64,000 nt of DNA from Raillietiella orientalis (Eukaryota), in NCBI GenBank assembly GCA_036172245.1, contig JAYWIR010000040.1:1860001-1924000 (forward strand). Reading direction: 5' to 3'. A program made the position numbers and the translations under genes. A model generated the notes under the pieces. It was given only the letters and a program-made list of their open reading frames with translations, was not told the origin of the DNA and ran no database searches. Within the stretch, counting starts at the first letter, position 1; each line of letters starts with the position of its first letter. Below, one piece after another: positions 39,301 to 51,559 of the stretch.

Positions 39301-39363
39301 GTAAGCACTGATGAACGCCTTGAGGAGTACAAGGAAAAAGAGGACGCTCGTGATCTGATTCAT
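30376..39363 (-). CDS. Agatoxin-like ICK peptide precursor, copy 1 (87 aa if spliced directly). Exons 39363-39288, 39141-39087, 30508-30376
   Basis: Exon 1 encodes the signal peptide MNQITSVLFFLVLLKAFISA-YEEEV (donor G|gtaaat). Exon 2 encodes the propeptide DDDVSTYLNMLMKLANNNP (tttgcag| ... |gtaagt). Exon 3 follows ctaac..ctttacag and encodes QFCIKQERRCDHRPDRCCPNLFCRCNLFGTNCLCQRKGIFQWG*. Cys spacing is C-x6-C-x6-CC-x4-C-x-C-x6-C-x-C; intron phases (1, 2) match copy 2. The exon 2-exon 3 join across 8.6 kb is inferred. Confidence 0.85.
34100..35620 (-). mobile_element. Degenerate Ty3/gypsy pol (RT-RNase H) remnant, inside intron 2 of ICK gene copy 1
   Basis: In order: PDGKVSIIYRSL (DG..R.C.DYR.L), KKMAFI (KTAFI), PMSLKDAP..FQ (PFGLKNAP..FQ), RRFAPG, IRTVILQQ (IGAVLLQ), KLLAALL, LERWQQL. 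Confidence 0.55.
35850..38330 (+). mobile_element. Degenerate Ty3/gypsy pol (RT-RNase H-integrase) remnant, inside intron 2 of ICK gene copy 1
   Basis: Collinear: GLRFGIQ*RE (SLRFC.DYR), WRITL..FAF, KKDARHLRLGGKY (KK.VR.FLG.AGYY), VAILLE, SIFPKEL..SYAIMSRE (A.FSKKL..NYST.E.E), IAAVDWDG, GAPGRILPQERSGN (G.P..I.SDQGSN), VPFLL..SFWPAELLPG (GFSPAELLFG). Confidence 0.7.
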
Positions 39364-42300
39364 CTCTAGCACCTGGTGCTGCCGATTTTCACACTTGCTG
39401 AGCGACCCTCGGGCAGCAGATTTGTCGGCCGGGAATCTGGAAGCATGGCGGAATTTTCATCCTCCGGAGGACCGGATCGAAGGGGCTGCCCGTTCCCTCG
39501 TCACCGGCTCCAAGCATCAGCTGCGCCACGGATTCGCGCCGCATCCTCCCTTCCTCCACGCGCTGGGAAATTCGCAGCCGCCGCGGATCTTTCCTCGAAT
39601 TACGCAGACGAGTACGTCGCTGGGTCAGGTCAGCTCGGGGCTCCTGCCCCAAGATGACCTACTCATTCTCCTCCCCCGCCTCCTGTTTGAGGGAGTTGGG
39701 TGAGGTTTGGGTAGGGAAGCTCGGGGTCAGAGAGTGGGAGGTAGGGGAGCTACATCACCTTAGGGCATAGAGGAAATCGGGTTAGGGTAAAATCGGGTTA
39801 GGTTAATGAAGGGGCGTTCGCCCGGAAGAAGCGAAAGGCATGCATGCATGGAATAGGGCGGCCGCAACGCTTGCAGCCACTTTCGGACGTAGAGGATCAT
39901 GCCCAGAGGAAAGTTGGTTGTTGTTGTTGGTGGCTTCGCTGCCTCTGGCCACAGTCTGCGCGTGGGCTTGCTCGTTTGACTGCGCATGCATCGAGCAGCT
40001 TGAGGGAGAGCGTGCACTTGCTCCATCCCTCCAGCGTCCAGCGGGCGCCGCCGCTCGCACACGCCGACAGTTTTTGCCTTGCGAGGCGCGACTCCGTTCC
40101 GCGGAACGGGGGAACTCGGAAGCACACAGGCGCTCGCACGGCGCCATCGCGTAGTCGGTCGAACTGTGCGTCGGCTGCGTATCGGCGCGTGTTCGATCCT
40201 TCCGCTTGGCGTAGATTCTGGCGCTCAAGTTCCTGTAATCGCGCCTCCACCTCTCTGAATCTGCCCGTCGCTTCTTTTCCGCCCGTTTCGCTCATCCGGC
40301 TCGTCTCGTCGCGCGTCGTCCGTGAGGCCCTCTCGTGGCGCCGCCGGTCTACGAATCTGCCACCATCCCGGTGACGGTGTTTTAAGAAGGGATCTTTTTT
40401 CTTTTTTCCGAACAAAGTAGTCACATGCAGATCAAACCACCTTGATTTCGGATGCGCGGAGGCCGAGACGCCTGGAATGAAGGAGGAAAGATGACAGGAA
40501 AGGGACAGCGGGGAGAGATCCGGAAGGCCATCAGCCGAGGAGGCGAGGAGGAGGAAGAAAAGGGGACATTCGACGCCGCTCTCTGGGGAGGGCCCTCGGG
40601 TGGGTCTCTGGGAAATCACCGAGGGAGGACCCGCAAGCAGGACGGGAGACAAGGAGAAACCCTGTAGGGAGAGAGGAGGACCATGAGTGCTGCGGCAATC
40701 TGTTCCCAGCATCTCCGCCTTAGCAGCGGTATCTTTCGGAAGAGTGCACGAGCCGAGAGTTCCACGTCTTTGAGAGAGCGAGTTTGAATGAGGACCAAGG
40801 GGAACTCTTTGAGAGGAAGTCGGGGTTATGGAACAATTAACTGCCGATCAAAGACCTCCCGAAAGCCGGCTGGACGGTGGTCCCCTCCTCCCGCCAACGC
40901 CCTACTGCGGAAGGAGCTGCAGGTCTGTTGGGCCTCTCTACCAGTTCCCACGGCCACCTTCTCTGAGGATGAGCAAGCGAATCTCGGGGGAGGGAGGGCG
41001 GACCTCACTGAGGCGTCCGTTTCCAGGACTCCCTGAAAACCCGAGGCTGCTTCTCGCTGCACATAAGGAAACGCACGGCTTCCCAGAAGGGGCGGCAGTG
41101 GAGGAATCGTCTGCTCCTGCTGCCTCCAATCAGCAAGCAACGGAAAGGATTGTTCTTTTCTCGCTCGCGACTGCCTCGCAGGCAAGAGCATTCGAGACTC
41201 GGAGGGATGGGACAGAGGCCTCAAACGTCTTCTGTGTCCGGGGAGCATCCTTTTCGTTCTCGAGGGACTCACGGGACGGGTCGCGAACCTCCTGCAAGAT
41301 CCGCACTCGTTGTCCGGGTTGAGGAGCTGTTCCTTAAGGCATATGGGGGTTCGAGCGAGCGGTGGGTTAGCAGCATCCCTCGTGACAGGCGGGGAGTGTC
41401 GTGACGAGGCTATCGAAGAAAATGGGAATCCTCCACGCCCTTTGCTTGTGGGGTCGCCGGCGCCATGGAGACGCTCTCAGTCCATGCGGGGAAATTCATC
41501 AGACCCATGTGAGGAAAAGGAAAAAGGATAGCCTTCATCACCGGGGAGAGAGAGGTTTTGAGCAGCAGCTCTGGAGGAAGCTCTCATTCCGTGGCGGGTT
41601 GTTTTCAGAAGAGCTCATCAGCCCATCTCATCTTCAACCTTGCGTATCCTCTCACAGGAAGAAAAGAGGATCAGGGACCTCCCATTAGCATGGTCAGGTC
41701 GACCAGGATGGAGACGATCATCCTAAGGATGCCGGGTGCGGTCTTCGGGAGTTTCACGTCAGCTCTGGAGCTCGGGGTTTCCAAGGAGACTATCGATCCT
41801 TCCTTGCTTTCCGGGATTGTCTTTTACGATCCCGGATCACCCCCTCCCCCCTCTTTGCATCCCTCGCGAGAGACGTCAGAGATCCCGTCGAGGTCTTATG
41901 AATCGAGTTCGACACGGGATATTCCGGAAAATCTCGGTCGCTTCTCTATCATCCGGAAAACGCGTGCGCGCGGGAAACACGCTCTTGCAGCATGGCGGAA
42001 GTGGTGGAGGAGGAATGGAATTGCGCATCCACGAAGAGATGAAGATCCTCGAGAACACGAGATGACTGTCGGGACGCTGCGGACTCTCAGGTTGCTATAG
42101 CGGCATCGGTCTATTCGAACGGGAGAAGGAAGGAGGAAGGAGTAGCGGAGATGAAAAAGGTCTGTCTGCTGAAGGAGGAAGAGAAGGAAGGAAGAGGGAA
42201 GGGGAAGGTAGAAATGGAATTTTCCTTTTGGTTATCAAGCTGACAACGCTTGAAAGAAGAAGTCCTAGGAGCTGGAGGAAGCCAGCTGGAACAGCGCTGC

Positions 42301-45300
42301 TCACATTCCGCAGAGACGTTAGAAGAGATCCGTTAGGAATGTAACACTCGCTGATGGCGTTTCCTAGATTGTCTTTTGGAAAACCGGTACGGGAAGGGCC
42401 AGGGTTCACTGCATGTCTCTAACGTCATGAGAGTGTTTCCAGCGAGGTCCTCAGGTCATGAAGGAGACGGTGGTGTTCCAAAGCAGCAGGAGGAGGAGGC
42501 TCCAGGCACCCCTTTGGCGAGAGATATTGGAAGGTCTTTATCCGGAGAAAGTAGGCAACAAGATCATGCCACGAAGCACGGAGAAAAACGTGCAGTTGCT
42601 TGGCGACGGCTAATTAACACGAGACGAGGACGAGTATCACGGATTCCCGCAGACACGCCGGCACGTTGACCCGCCGCTTGCATGAAGGGCATCCCACGAC
42701 CCTCGGACTGGAGAAAGTCGCCAACAATCAAATTCCTCTCCACTTCTTTTCGAATGACTCCGGATGGTAGCTGCTGTTGACCTCGCCTTCCTGTTCTTGC
42801 GCATGCATCTGCTTCTGTGGCTGCCATAGCCGGCAACGCAAGTCATCATCGAACACCACCCGCCGAGTACTGCTGATCTCATCAAAGGCAACACAGAGTT
42901 CTTCTCATGAGAAAACTTTCTGCTCTTCTTCTTCCGTCATAGTGCAGCTCTTTCTGAACTGTAGCAAACAGCGTTAGCTGGTGGCTATCTTCAGCAGTTC
43001 CCCCATCGCATTGATTTCGGATAGCCTTTCGCAATGCTTGAGGTCATCGAAAAATCTCGTGTCATCTTTGCACTTAGGGTGTGTTGGTGGTCACTGCTGC
43101 ATGTGCTCCTACCAGCGTTGTTTAAGAGATCGCGACTAGATCTGCGGTTTTGTGTCAGGAGGTGACCTCTCTGGTTGAAAAGTTGAAGGGCAGCTGAGGA
43201 GATATCTGCAATCTGGGACTCATCTCGCCGGGTTTTTCTTTCTTTTTTTTTTTTCTGCGAAATAGCGAGCCGCGAGCGAGCCTCGTGCCCACGAGTCGGG
43301 AGTCAACAGAAGAGCGCGGTCATAGCCGAGGAGTCGTACTCAACGATGTGCGTCAACCGCAGATCCCCGATCCACCAGATGCAGAGGCGGGTCTTTCTCC
43401 CTTCTCAGGGTTCTTGGTTGCCACACTCAGGGTGTGTGAAGAAGGCTCCATGGAAACTCAGTTTCTCCAATAGTCCTGGACTAGGAGACCTCTCAGGCTA
43501 AGCATTCAGTGAGCTGAGGCCGGGAACGAGAAAGGCCGTTCTACTTACGTGAAGGAGACTCGGGCAGATCTGAAAGATCGTGTTGTGCTCTGCGGGAGGA
43601 GATGCGGATCGATTTGCTTGTGATTGGAAGGGAGCTTTCCGCCTCGCGAGGAGGAGCGAAGTGGAAGAGGCATCAGTCCAGGATCGACTCAGGGTTCTGG
43701 ACGTCTTAAGGAGCGCCCGCACCTCAGGCGAAGGTCTCACTACTTTGGAAGACCCGAACGAATTGGAAGGAGGAACGATTTTCCCCCTCAGAAGTTCGCA
43801 AGCATCCGGACGAAAACGGGAATCTCTCGGAAGCGGTCACGGTAGGCTACCTTGATCTTGAGGTCTGGGAAACACCTGAGGTGCTCAGTGTACCGAGGAT
43901 TTTGTAGTTGCACAGAGAATCCTCTGCAGCCCGAGCGAAGGAGACTATAGTAATGCGGACGAGCCTTATACTACTCGCGTTTTCTTAGGGAAAAGGTGAA
44001 CGCGTCAACACAAGTCCTCCATAGCATGGCATCTCTAAACCCCCATGTCAACCTTGGTAGACGTGACGCAGTCTTCTAAAGGGATCAGAGTTACAGAGTG
44101 AGGTTCATGACCCCAGAGCATTCGTGATCGCCCGTTGACCTCCTCTCTCACAGGCCGATGGAGGGAGAACTCGTCCCGTATCGAATTCGAGACACCGTAA
44201 CTCTCGAGTAGAGGTGGTCACTTTCGAGGGAGGCAGCCCAATCTACTTTCACTGTGTCCTCATTTTGGACCTTCAGGGTGAGCAAGGCATACATATGTCC
44301 TGATCCCTCAAATCAGGTCTTTCCTGGATCCAGGAGCTGTCGAAAAAGTCCAGAAGAGAGATGTGCCAGTGCGCAAGGAGACACCGAGTGTGTCTTTAAG
44401 CCACATTCCAGACCGTCCTCCAGATTCGGCAGTGCATTCCACTGGGAGCAAGCCTATGGAGAAGGGCGCGGCCCCAGGATACGTAGAGAGTCCCTCTGAC
44501 GAGGGACTTCCGAAAAAGAAGCGGGCTCGAAGGCTTTCGTTCGACTGTTCTCCAGGGATGGCATGCGAGCGCCCAGGAAGGTGGCAACAGACGTGCGCCA
44601 CCGTGAGAAGTGACTTTCCAAACACAAGCCCTGGGTAGTTTTGCCACATGAGGAGGTTTACCAGCACGGGTGGCGACACGCGGAGGTTCTCAATGTCATC
44701 TTTAGCCATGCATGGAGCGATGATCAGGAGCGTTCAGGGATAGAATACGCGTCCTGATGGACTCCCGGGTATCGCCGCGGGTGACCTTCACGTCTCGAGT
44801 CATCTCCCTTTTTCCAGTCAAGTCTTCCACGTGCGTGAGAATCAGGAAGAAGAGGTCTTGCTCCTGACCGACGCGATCTGGAGATGGTAACCTCCTGCTG
44901 AATGACTCTCTGGGACCCGTTAGTGTCAGAGGGTGGAATTCCTCTTCATTTCCCCAGTCACTCCATCCCCCCAGATCCTTGCGCGAATTCAAAGAAGCGT
45001 TCCAATGTTCCCAATTTCGGTCTTCCTCCGGGTGGCCTCGCGAGAGCCATTTTTCCCTTTCCCCACAGGAAGAAACTGGACCTACGGGGAGCGAAGCGAA
45101 TTGATCCACTCCTGATTCGCAACCCCACGAGCGGACCGAGGTCCCTCGATCGGAAGGATGGCCACCGCACCAGCCTCCTCAACTCCAGAGGGGCAATTTC
45201 CGTGTTCCCACGAGTCACGAGCAGAGTTCTGAGGAGTTAGAGGGAAGGCAGGCCCTTCTGCACTTGGAATTTCCCCAGGGGAACTCTGGATTGCGAGAGT

Positions 45301-46399
45301 GCGCAAGAACGAGTGGAATTCCGGGAGATTCCTCGTTGATGTCCGGGAAGGAAAAGGGGGAGCGAAGGATCGCATGGGAGAGTGGTCTACCCGCGGAGAC
45401 GAAGAAATTCCGCATCGGGTCTGTCGCTCTTTCCTCCGGCTGCACCCAGAGAGAACCTCCGCTCCCTGGAGCTCTCCGGGACGGAGACCGCGAGTGACCA
45501 TCTTCCTTCCTCTTACGGAAAGTCCTCCTTGCAGCAGGTTCAACAGGGAAAGGAGCACTGCCTTCGCCCCAAGAAAGGAAGGGCCAGCGTGGTGGCTCAG
45601 AAGACCCCGGGATCTCCTAGGTGAAGGGGCAGTGCCAAAGGTAGACTCCTGTCTGGGTGATTCCTCCTGCTCAGCCCATTCAGATCAGGGTGCGCTTATG
45701 CCTCGCGCTGGCCTGATAGGGCGACGCGTTTCTTCGGCCGCAATGCCTCCAGACGGTTGGAATCCTGAACCTCCCCTGAAGGGGAAGGGTCTTATGAGCC
45801 TCAACTTCCTTTTAAAGGCCCTCGAATGCTGCTGCGCACAGAGACGTACAGAGATGCCGAGGACCCGGACGTCTCGCAAGCGGAGCGAAAAGCTACAGGA
45901 AGCGGGAGGGGCTGCTCTTCTTCCTCAAACCTTGGCTCGGAGGGCGATCCAAGGTCTCGAGGCGTCCCATTGGTCACTAGTGCGTCTCGGTCCTGCTGGA
46001 GGGAAGCTGCTGGTTCCGGCCGACAGCCTCCATTCTAACAGGGTACTGTCCTTCCCACCGCCAACACAATGGGGAGAACTGCTTCCTGGTCGCCACGGTG
46101 ACTTAAAGGCGTACTCCCTTCCATGCGAGAAAGAAGGGGGTTGGGACGCGTGCTAATAGATCTTCTCTTCTCTTTCTTCCATCAGAGAGCGGTTTGTCTA
46201 TACCGGGGTGCTCCCGATAGGAGTGAAGAGGAGAGCGCCAACCAAGGAGCAACTAGCTCCAGTAGAGAGAGCTCTCTCCTTGTTTGGGTTCCCTGGAAAG
46301 ATTCTGCGTTCGGGGGTCAAAACGGGATTCTGATTTCCCTCTCCTTATTTCTTCACCTCCCCCGTGCGGGATTCCTCCTACGTTAGGCCCTCCGGAAAG

Positions 46400-46800
46400 C
46401 ACTGGGTAGAACAAGAGGAGACTCCCATCGTCTTCCCGGAAATACCCTCAAGGCTTGAGGGTGTGGCATGCTCCTCTCTCGGGAGGCAGTCTCGCCGGGA
46501 TCAGCACCGAACCTAGCACCGGTCGGTGCAAACCAATGTTTCAGGCTGGGGCATCTGCGCGCGAGCTGCGCGGACATGGAACAGCTCTCCAGGGTCGTCA
46601 TGGACTTGCGGAGGGGAAAATTCCATGATTTTTGGTCTCTTCTGGACCTTCGACGAACGCTCCTACCTCCACCACCACCATACGGTGCTCCCGGTAAGGA
46701 AAGGGTGGGGTTTGAAGAGAATGGAATTTTCCAACGATTGCTGGTGGAGGAACGAGGTGATCCGCGCACAGCGAACGTGGAGCGAGGTCAGTCGCCAGCG
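46400..46800 (+). mobile_element. Possible Ty3/gypsy RT fragment
   Basis: GHLRASCADMEQLSRV (G.LR.CVD.R.LN.V), DLRRGKF..WSLLDLR (L.GAK.FS.LDL), IFQRLL. Confidence 0.35.
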
Positions 46801-49800
46801 GGGCGATGGACCACCCTCGCGGCGAGCAGTTCGAGGGGTGGAACGAGGAGGAGGAGGAAGAGGGAAATTGGTGAGGAGCTTTGCAGGAGGGCACTGGGGG
46901 TGCGAGAAGGCCCGCTCTGCCTCGGCGACGGCGATCGCAGCCGAAAACGCACTCACGGGGTGGAAGCAAAGTCGAAAAAACACTCACGGGGAAAAGAGAG
47001 AGAGAGAGAGGGGGGGGGTAGGCGGAGGCAAAGGGGGAAAAGTCCTCTCGTGGGGCCAGCGTTCGGGTCAGCGCCTCCGCAGACTCTCGGCGCGCCTCGG
47101 CACAGGACGCCGATGAGCAGCTCGGGAAATGTAAGCCCTGGCCGCTCTTAATCGAATTGGCGGTGACGAATGGAGTTGCTTGTCGGGCGCGCCGCCTGAG
47201 AACGGACGGGACTTTTGCATGCAGCGGCAACGAGGGAGCGACCCCAGCGGGAGTGGGGTTCCGGACAGGATCGACCGACGGACCCTCCTCTCCCCCATTC
47301 CGGAAAGCGAGCCTCTCTTCGCAGTGGCGGACTCTGCGCGGGAGGAGCGAAGTAGGCTGCGGGAAGAGGGGAGCTAGAAGGCAGCGGTTGCCTCCGGCGC
47401 CGAACGCACTGGCAGCATCGGAAGGAGAAACTTTCCAAACGCGTGAGGGGGAGAGGGGAAGGGAGACCCAACCGGCATCCCCCTCTCGCCCCTTTTGCGT
47501 ATCCTGCTTCGCATAGGAACAACGCGCCCGGACTGCAGGGTGAGCCATCGCCGAAGGGAGCCAGATGCCTCTAGCGAGTGGATGCTGCTGAGACTTCCCT
47601 GAGCCATCTTTGAGTGGAGCCCGTGACTCCCGATCCGGGGCGATCCACAGGGAGCGCCTTGCAATTGGCGACTCCTCGGGCGTTCAGCGGGGGGCGCGAA
47701 TCCCCATGAAGGAGGAAAGAAGCGGTACCGTGAGTGACGCAGCAATGCTGTTGTGTCGACGCAGCGCCGTCGCGCTTATATCAGCCCACACGGCCCCCTC
47801 CCGGGCAGTCGTCAGACGGCAGAGGCGGCTGGAAAGATAACTGATCCCGGAAGGGGGGAAGGTAAGGGAGGTTTTCAGGTGACGGAACGTGACGAATGGG
47901 AATGGGAGGGAAGGTCACGTAGCTGGGTATCGTGGTAGGGATGTCCACGTCTCACGGATGCTGCGCTGCTGGGGTGGCGAAGCATCCGTGGCGGTGATGT
48001 AACAGAGCTCCTCGACGTCTGGAGGGACATTCCGCCGGCCAACCCGCGCCTCCGAGGCGGGCCGCGCCATCTCCGCCTCTGTGCCATATGTCTCCACACC
48101 TTCGGCGGCGCTTCTCGCTTCCGGCTCGCACACCGCAGGCCGTACGGAAAATTATGCACTGTTTCTGAGGGCGTCTCCTCTCGGTTCCCGCGGCCAGCTC
48201 TCCCGGTGGCGGACACGGCTGCGAGGGAGGATGGATGCTGGGAGCACGAGAAGGGGGGGGGGGATTCGGAAGGATTTCGGAACTCTGCGTTCCTGGAGTG
48301 TGAGGAGGAACTCGAGGGAGGGGGAGGAAGGCAGCGGCCCCATTCACCCCATGACAAGCATCTGAGAGTGACCCATGCAAAGCATGCAAAAATCCCAAGC
48401 AAGCAGGCAGGCCTGTGCGTACCCGCGCCGAGGCCACGGTGAGTCGCCCACAGCGAGAGACGAAGGCGCCAGGGCGACCCACCGCGTGCCACCAAGGATG
48501 AACCCAGAGCTCCCATACTCACGACGGGAAGAAGGGACTTTCGGTCGCAGTGATCACGTGCTTTCGTATCCTGTGGGATCTGCGTAGGAGCCGGAGACGG
48601 GCAGGACGAGCGGAGAACGGTTTTAGGAAGGAGAGCATGCCGAGGCCTCATTCTTTTATTCGCGGCTCTGATACTGCGCAGAAGGGATGGGGGACGTGGC
48701 GGCGGAAACGAGGACGGGATAGACGGCAGCGGCAGCGGCGGATGGAAAGACCCGATTGGAGCAAGGCGGGGCCTCTCCTCAAAGGTTTTCCGACCTCTGA
48801 AAACCCAGTCGAGCCTAGAGAGGGTGGGACCACTTCCCGGAAGCCGGGGACTCGGAATCGGGCTCGACTTCCTACCCGAGAGGGTCGTTCACCGCCTGGG
48901 GCGAACCCTACCGGGGACTCCACATGTGTGGAGAGTTCTGGGATTTATGTATGAGGAATCCTGGGGCGGAGGGGTGGAGAGTGGTAAGGACGTTCGGCGA
49001 TTTGTCGTGTTAGCTCCAGGAGGTGACGCAGACTTGCTGTTTGGAAGGGCTGTCCCTAATGCAGGCGATGAAGGAGGACTCTTCCCATGGTTTTGGGTAC
49101 CTCTCCCTCACTAACCTGTCTCCTTCAGCACCTCCTCAGAACCGGTGTCCTTCAGAGTTGTCCGCAAGGGAGTCGGTTTCTCGCAGTCGGTTGCGATGGG
49201 AACAATTCTTTGAAGACCTCAGCAACTTAGCCGGTGCAGCTACCCCTTCCTTAATCCCTTTCGTCCGAAGGCACTCGCCGGTCAGGGACCTTTCGCTCGG
49301 CGTGGTCCGGTGGGCGTGGCGAGGCACAGCCCTCCTCGAGGATCGCCTCTGGTTGTCCTCTTGCTTTATGGGTCTCCGGGAGAGACACGCCTCGACACCC
49401 TGCGGGCTTGACGCGGCCTGGTGATACCGATCCCGCTTCTTCTCGGCAGCGCATGCGCAAGCCGCCGAGTGCTTCCCGGAGCATCGAATGGTGCACTTTG
49501 GTCTCCAAGAAGCTCTCCACGTCGACATCTCAGCATCGACTTCTTTCTTCCCCTTTCCTCGAAAGGAAGCGGAGATGCTGGTCCCGGTCGACCTATTCCA
49601 GGAGTGGGTGGCAAAGCTGAAGCCGGAAGGTCCGGTGCTCTAGGGAGAAGGAAAGGTACTGATGCTGAGCGTCGCTGCGGATACTCAGAAAAGGTTTTGG
49701 GAGTGGCATGGCGAGAGAAGGCGGCAGGCATCGCATCCTAGTCCTCCATCTCCCCTCCAGGGGATCGCTTGCATCGGTGCGAGCGTTGAGGGAGCTAAAA

Positions 49801-50506
49801 GGAGGTTCACGAAAGGATGGAAGGGAAAGGAGGGAGTCCCTAAGGAAGTGGTGTTCTCAAACATGCGACATCCCCGGGATGCCTGCTGGTCATAGTGTTG
49901 GATAAACCGCCTCCGAAGATGAATGCTACCTCCAAGACTCGCAGCCTCTTCATGGAGCAGAGTCGAAGAGAAGAGACCAAAGGAGCAGAAGGTGAGCATC
50001 GCCCTCCTCCTCGCTGCTCATTTTGAGCTCTCCCCGTTTTAATCTGATTTGCGAACGGATGGAAGAAGAGAAAAGAAGAGCACAGGAGCCCGCCGCGGAA
50101 CGCTTTAACTTGCTCCACAGACGAAGATACCGCTGCACGAAATCTGCTTCATTGCATTTGTTCCGTCTCGTAGAGGAGCATCGAGGGAGGCTCCCTGCAC
50201 CTCGGCGGCAGAGAGGCAGTTTCCGGGCCGGATCCTCTGGACGCAAAGAAGCGAGATCACGAGAAATCCTGCTCTGAATGCCGAATCGGGATGTCTCAGG
50301 GGGTTGCGCGGCTCCCCGTTCCCGGAATGGCGAAAGCGATTCCGTCTTCCCGCTCCATCGGTCGGTTCCCTCTGCTCGTTTCGATCCCGCTTGCCCACTC
50401 TTATGGCCTCCGGCGACGCGAGTGTTCCACCCGGCAGTGCACTTCTGCATCTGGGAAGGCAGGGTAAGAGAGGAGGAGGGGAGAGATTTCTCCACATGGA
50501 CGTGGC

Positions 50507-51361
50507 CTGTGCGTTTAGTCGAGCATCCTCCGATTTCCCACGTTCCGACCGAGAGGACGCAAGATCAGGATCTTCTCCCACACGCAACTTCCTTCCCGCT
50601 CCCTGACCACCTCGTAATGCCCTCCCGGGAGATTGTATTTTCGCCTCGCAGGTGCGAAGCTGCAAAAATGATGAATGCAGTGATAAACGCTCCAGCATCC
50701 GCTTTCCATTACCGCAGCTTCCATATGAAATTTTTCAGCCTGCTCGAGCTCGCTCGCAAGTCTTCAAGAGCAAATTTCAGGGTGTGAGGTAGCCGGTGTA
50801 TTAGATGGTTATTAAATTCCTTTCCTATCGCTCCATGATTACGGATCATTTAATTTATCCCGTGATAGATGATCGCAGCTTGTGCTGATGCACTCCTCTT
50901 ATCGCATTCGCCATCGGATTCGAGAGCAGCGAGCGCTTGTAGTACCGAAATGCAATTAGGGTGTTTCTGCTCCTCCCCCTTCGTTCCGCGTCCATTACAC
51001 CATCATCTCGTAATGAGTTGGTTTGTCCCCCATCGTCTATCCCTTACAAGCACCCCTTCGGAAGCGAATTCGCTGGATTTTTCCGGACGGCGAGGGAATT
51101 TCCGCGACAGCACAAGCTTCCGCATCGGCGGCTGGTGCTCTCTCGCGCCTTCGCCGTCTTCCTTTTCGCCAAGGTCCTTCTTTACCGAATCTGGAGCGAA
51201 ACCTCCTCGGACGTGGTCCCCAGCGTTGACGGATGAGGTCGCTCTCGCCTCCATGTGAGACTTCAGGCCGGGGAAGGCAGGTCCGAGCAAAGGATCCGAG
51301 CGCATGCAGGTCCTTTCGGTCGGAGCGTAATAAAGCAGAGGATGGTCGACTGAACGCACAG
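50507..51361. mobile_element. About 855-bp element bounded by ~90-bp imperfect inverted repeats (MITE-like, or a local inversion)
   Basis: 50507-50597 (ctgtgcgtttagtcgagcatcctccgatttcccacgttccgaccgagaggac...) matches the reverse complement of 51271-51361 (ctgtgcgttcagtcgaccatcctctgctttattacgctccgaccgaaaggac...). The interior is AT-richer and has no credible ORF. Confidence 0.6.
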
Positions 51362-51559
51362 TTTTCGCCCGCGGAGCGAGGACACTCTGCCTCGTCACCG
51401 CCTCCCACAGCTCTCCCATCCTTCTGCATCAGGGATGGCAGTGGAAGGAGGAAGAGAGGGGGAAGGGCTGTGGAGCGTTGCTCGACCTCCGGCGCTCAGG
51501 GGGGGGGGGGGGCGAGAGGGCGGACTAGGGAACACTCCAGAGAGAACGGGCCCGTCAGT

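Noticed and set aside
39760..39805. TTAGG/TTAGGG telomere-like motifs (also cctaat repeats at about 2407-2443)
   Set aside because: Only two or three non-tandem copies; not an array.
47200..48740. CRC motifs (PRCRCMQK, RRCRCRL) as further knottin exons
   Set aside because: They lack the CC pair and the rest of the cysteine framework.
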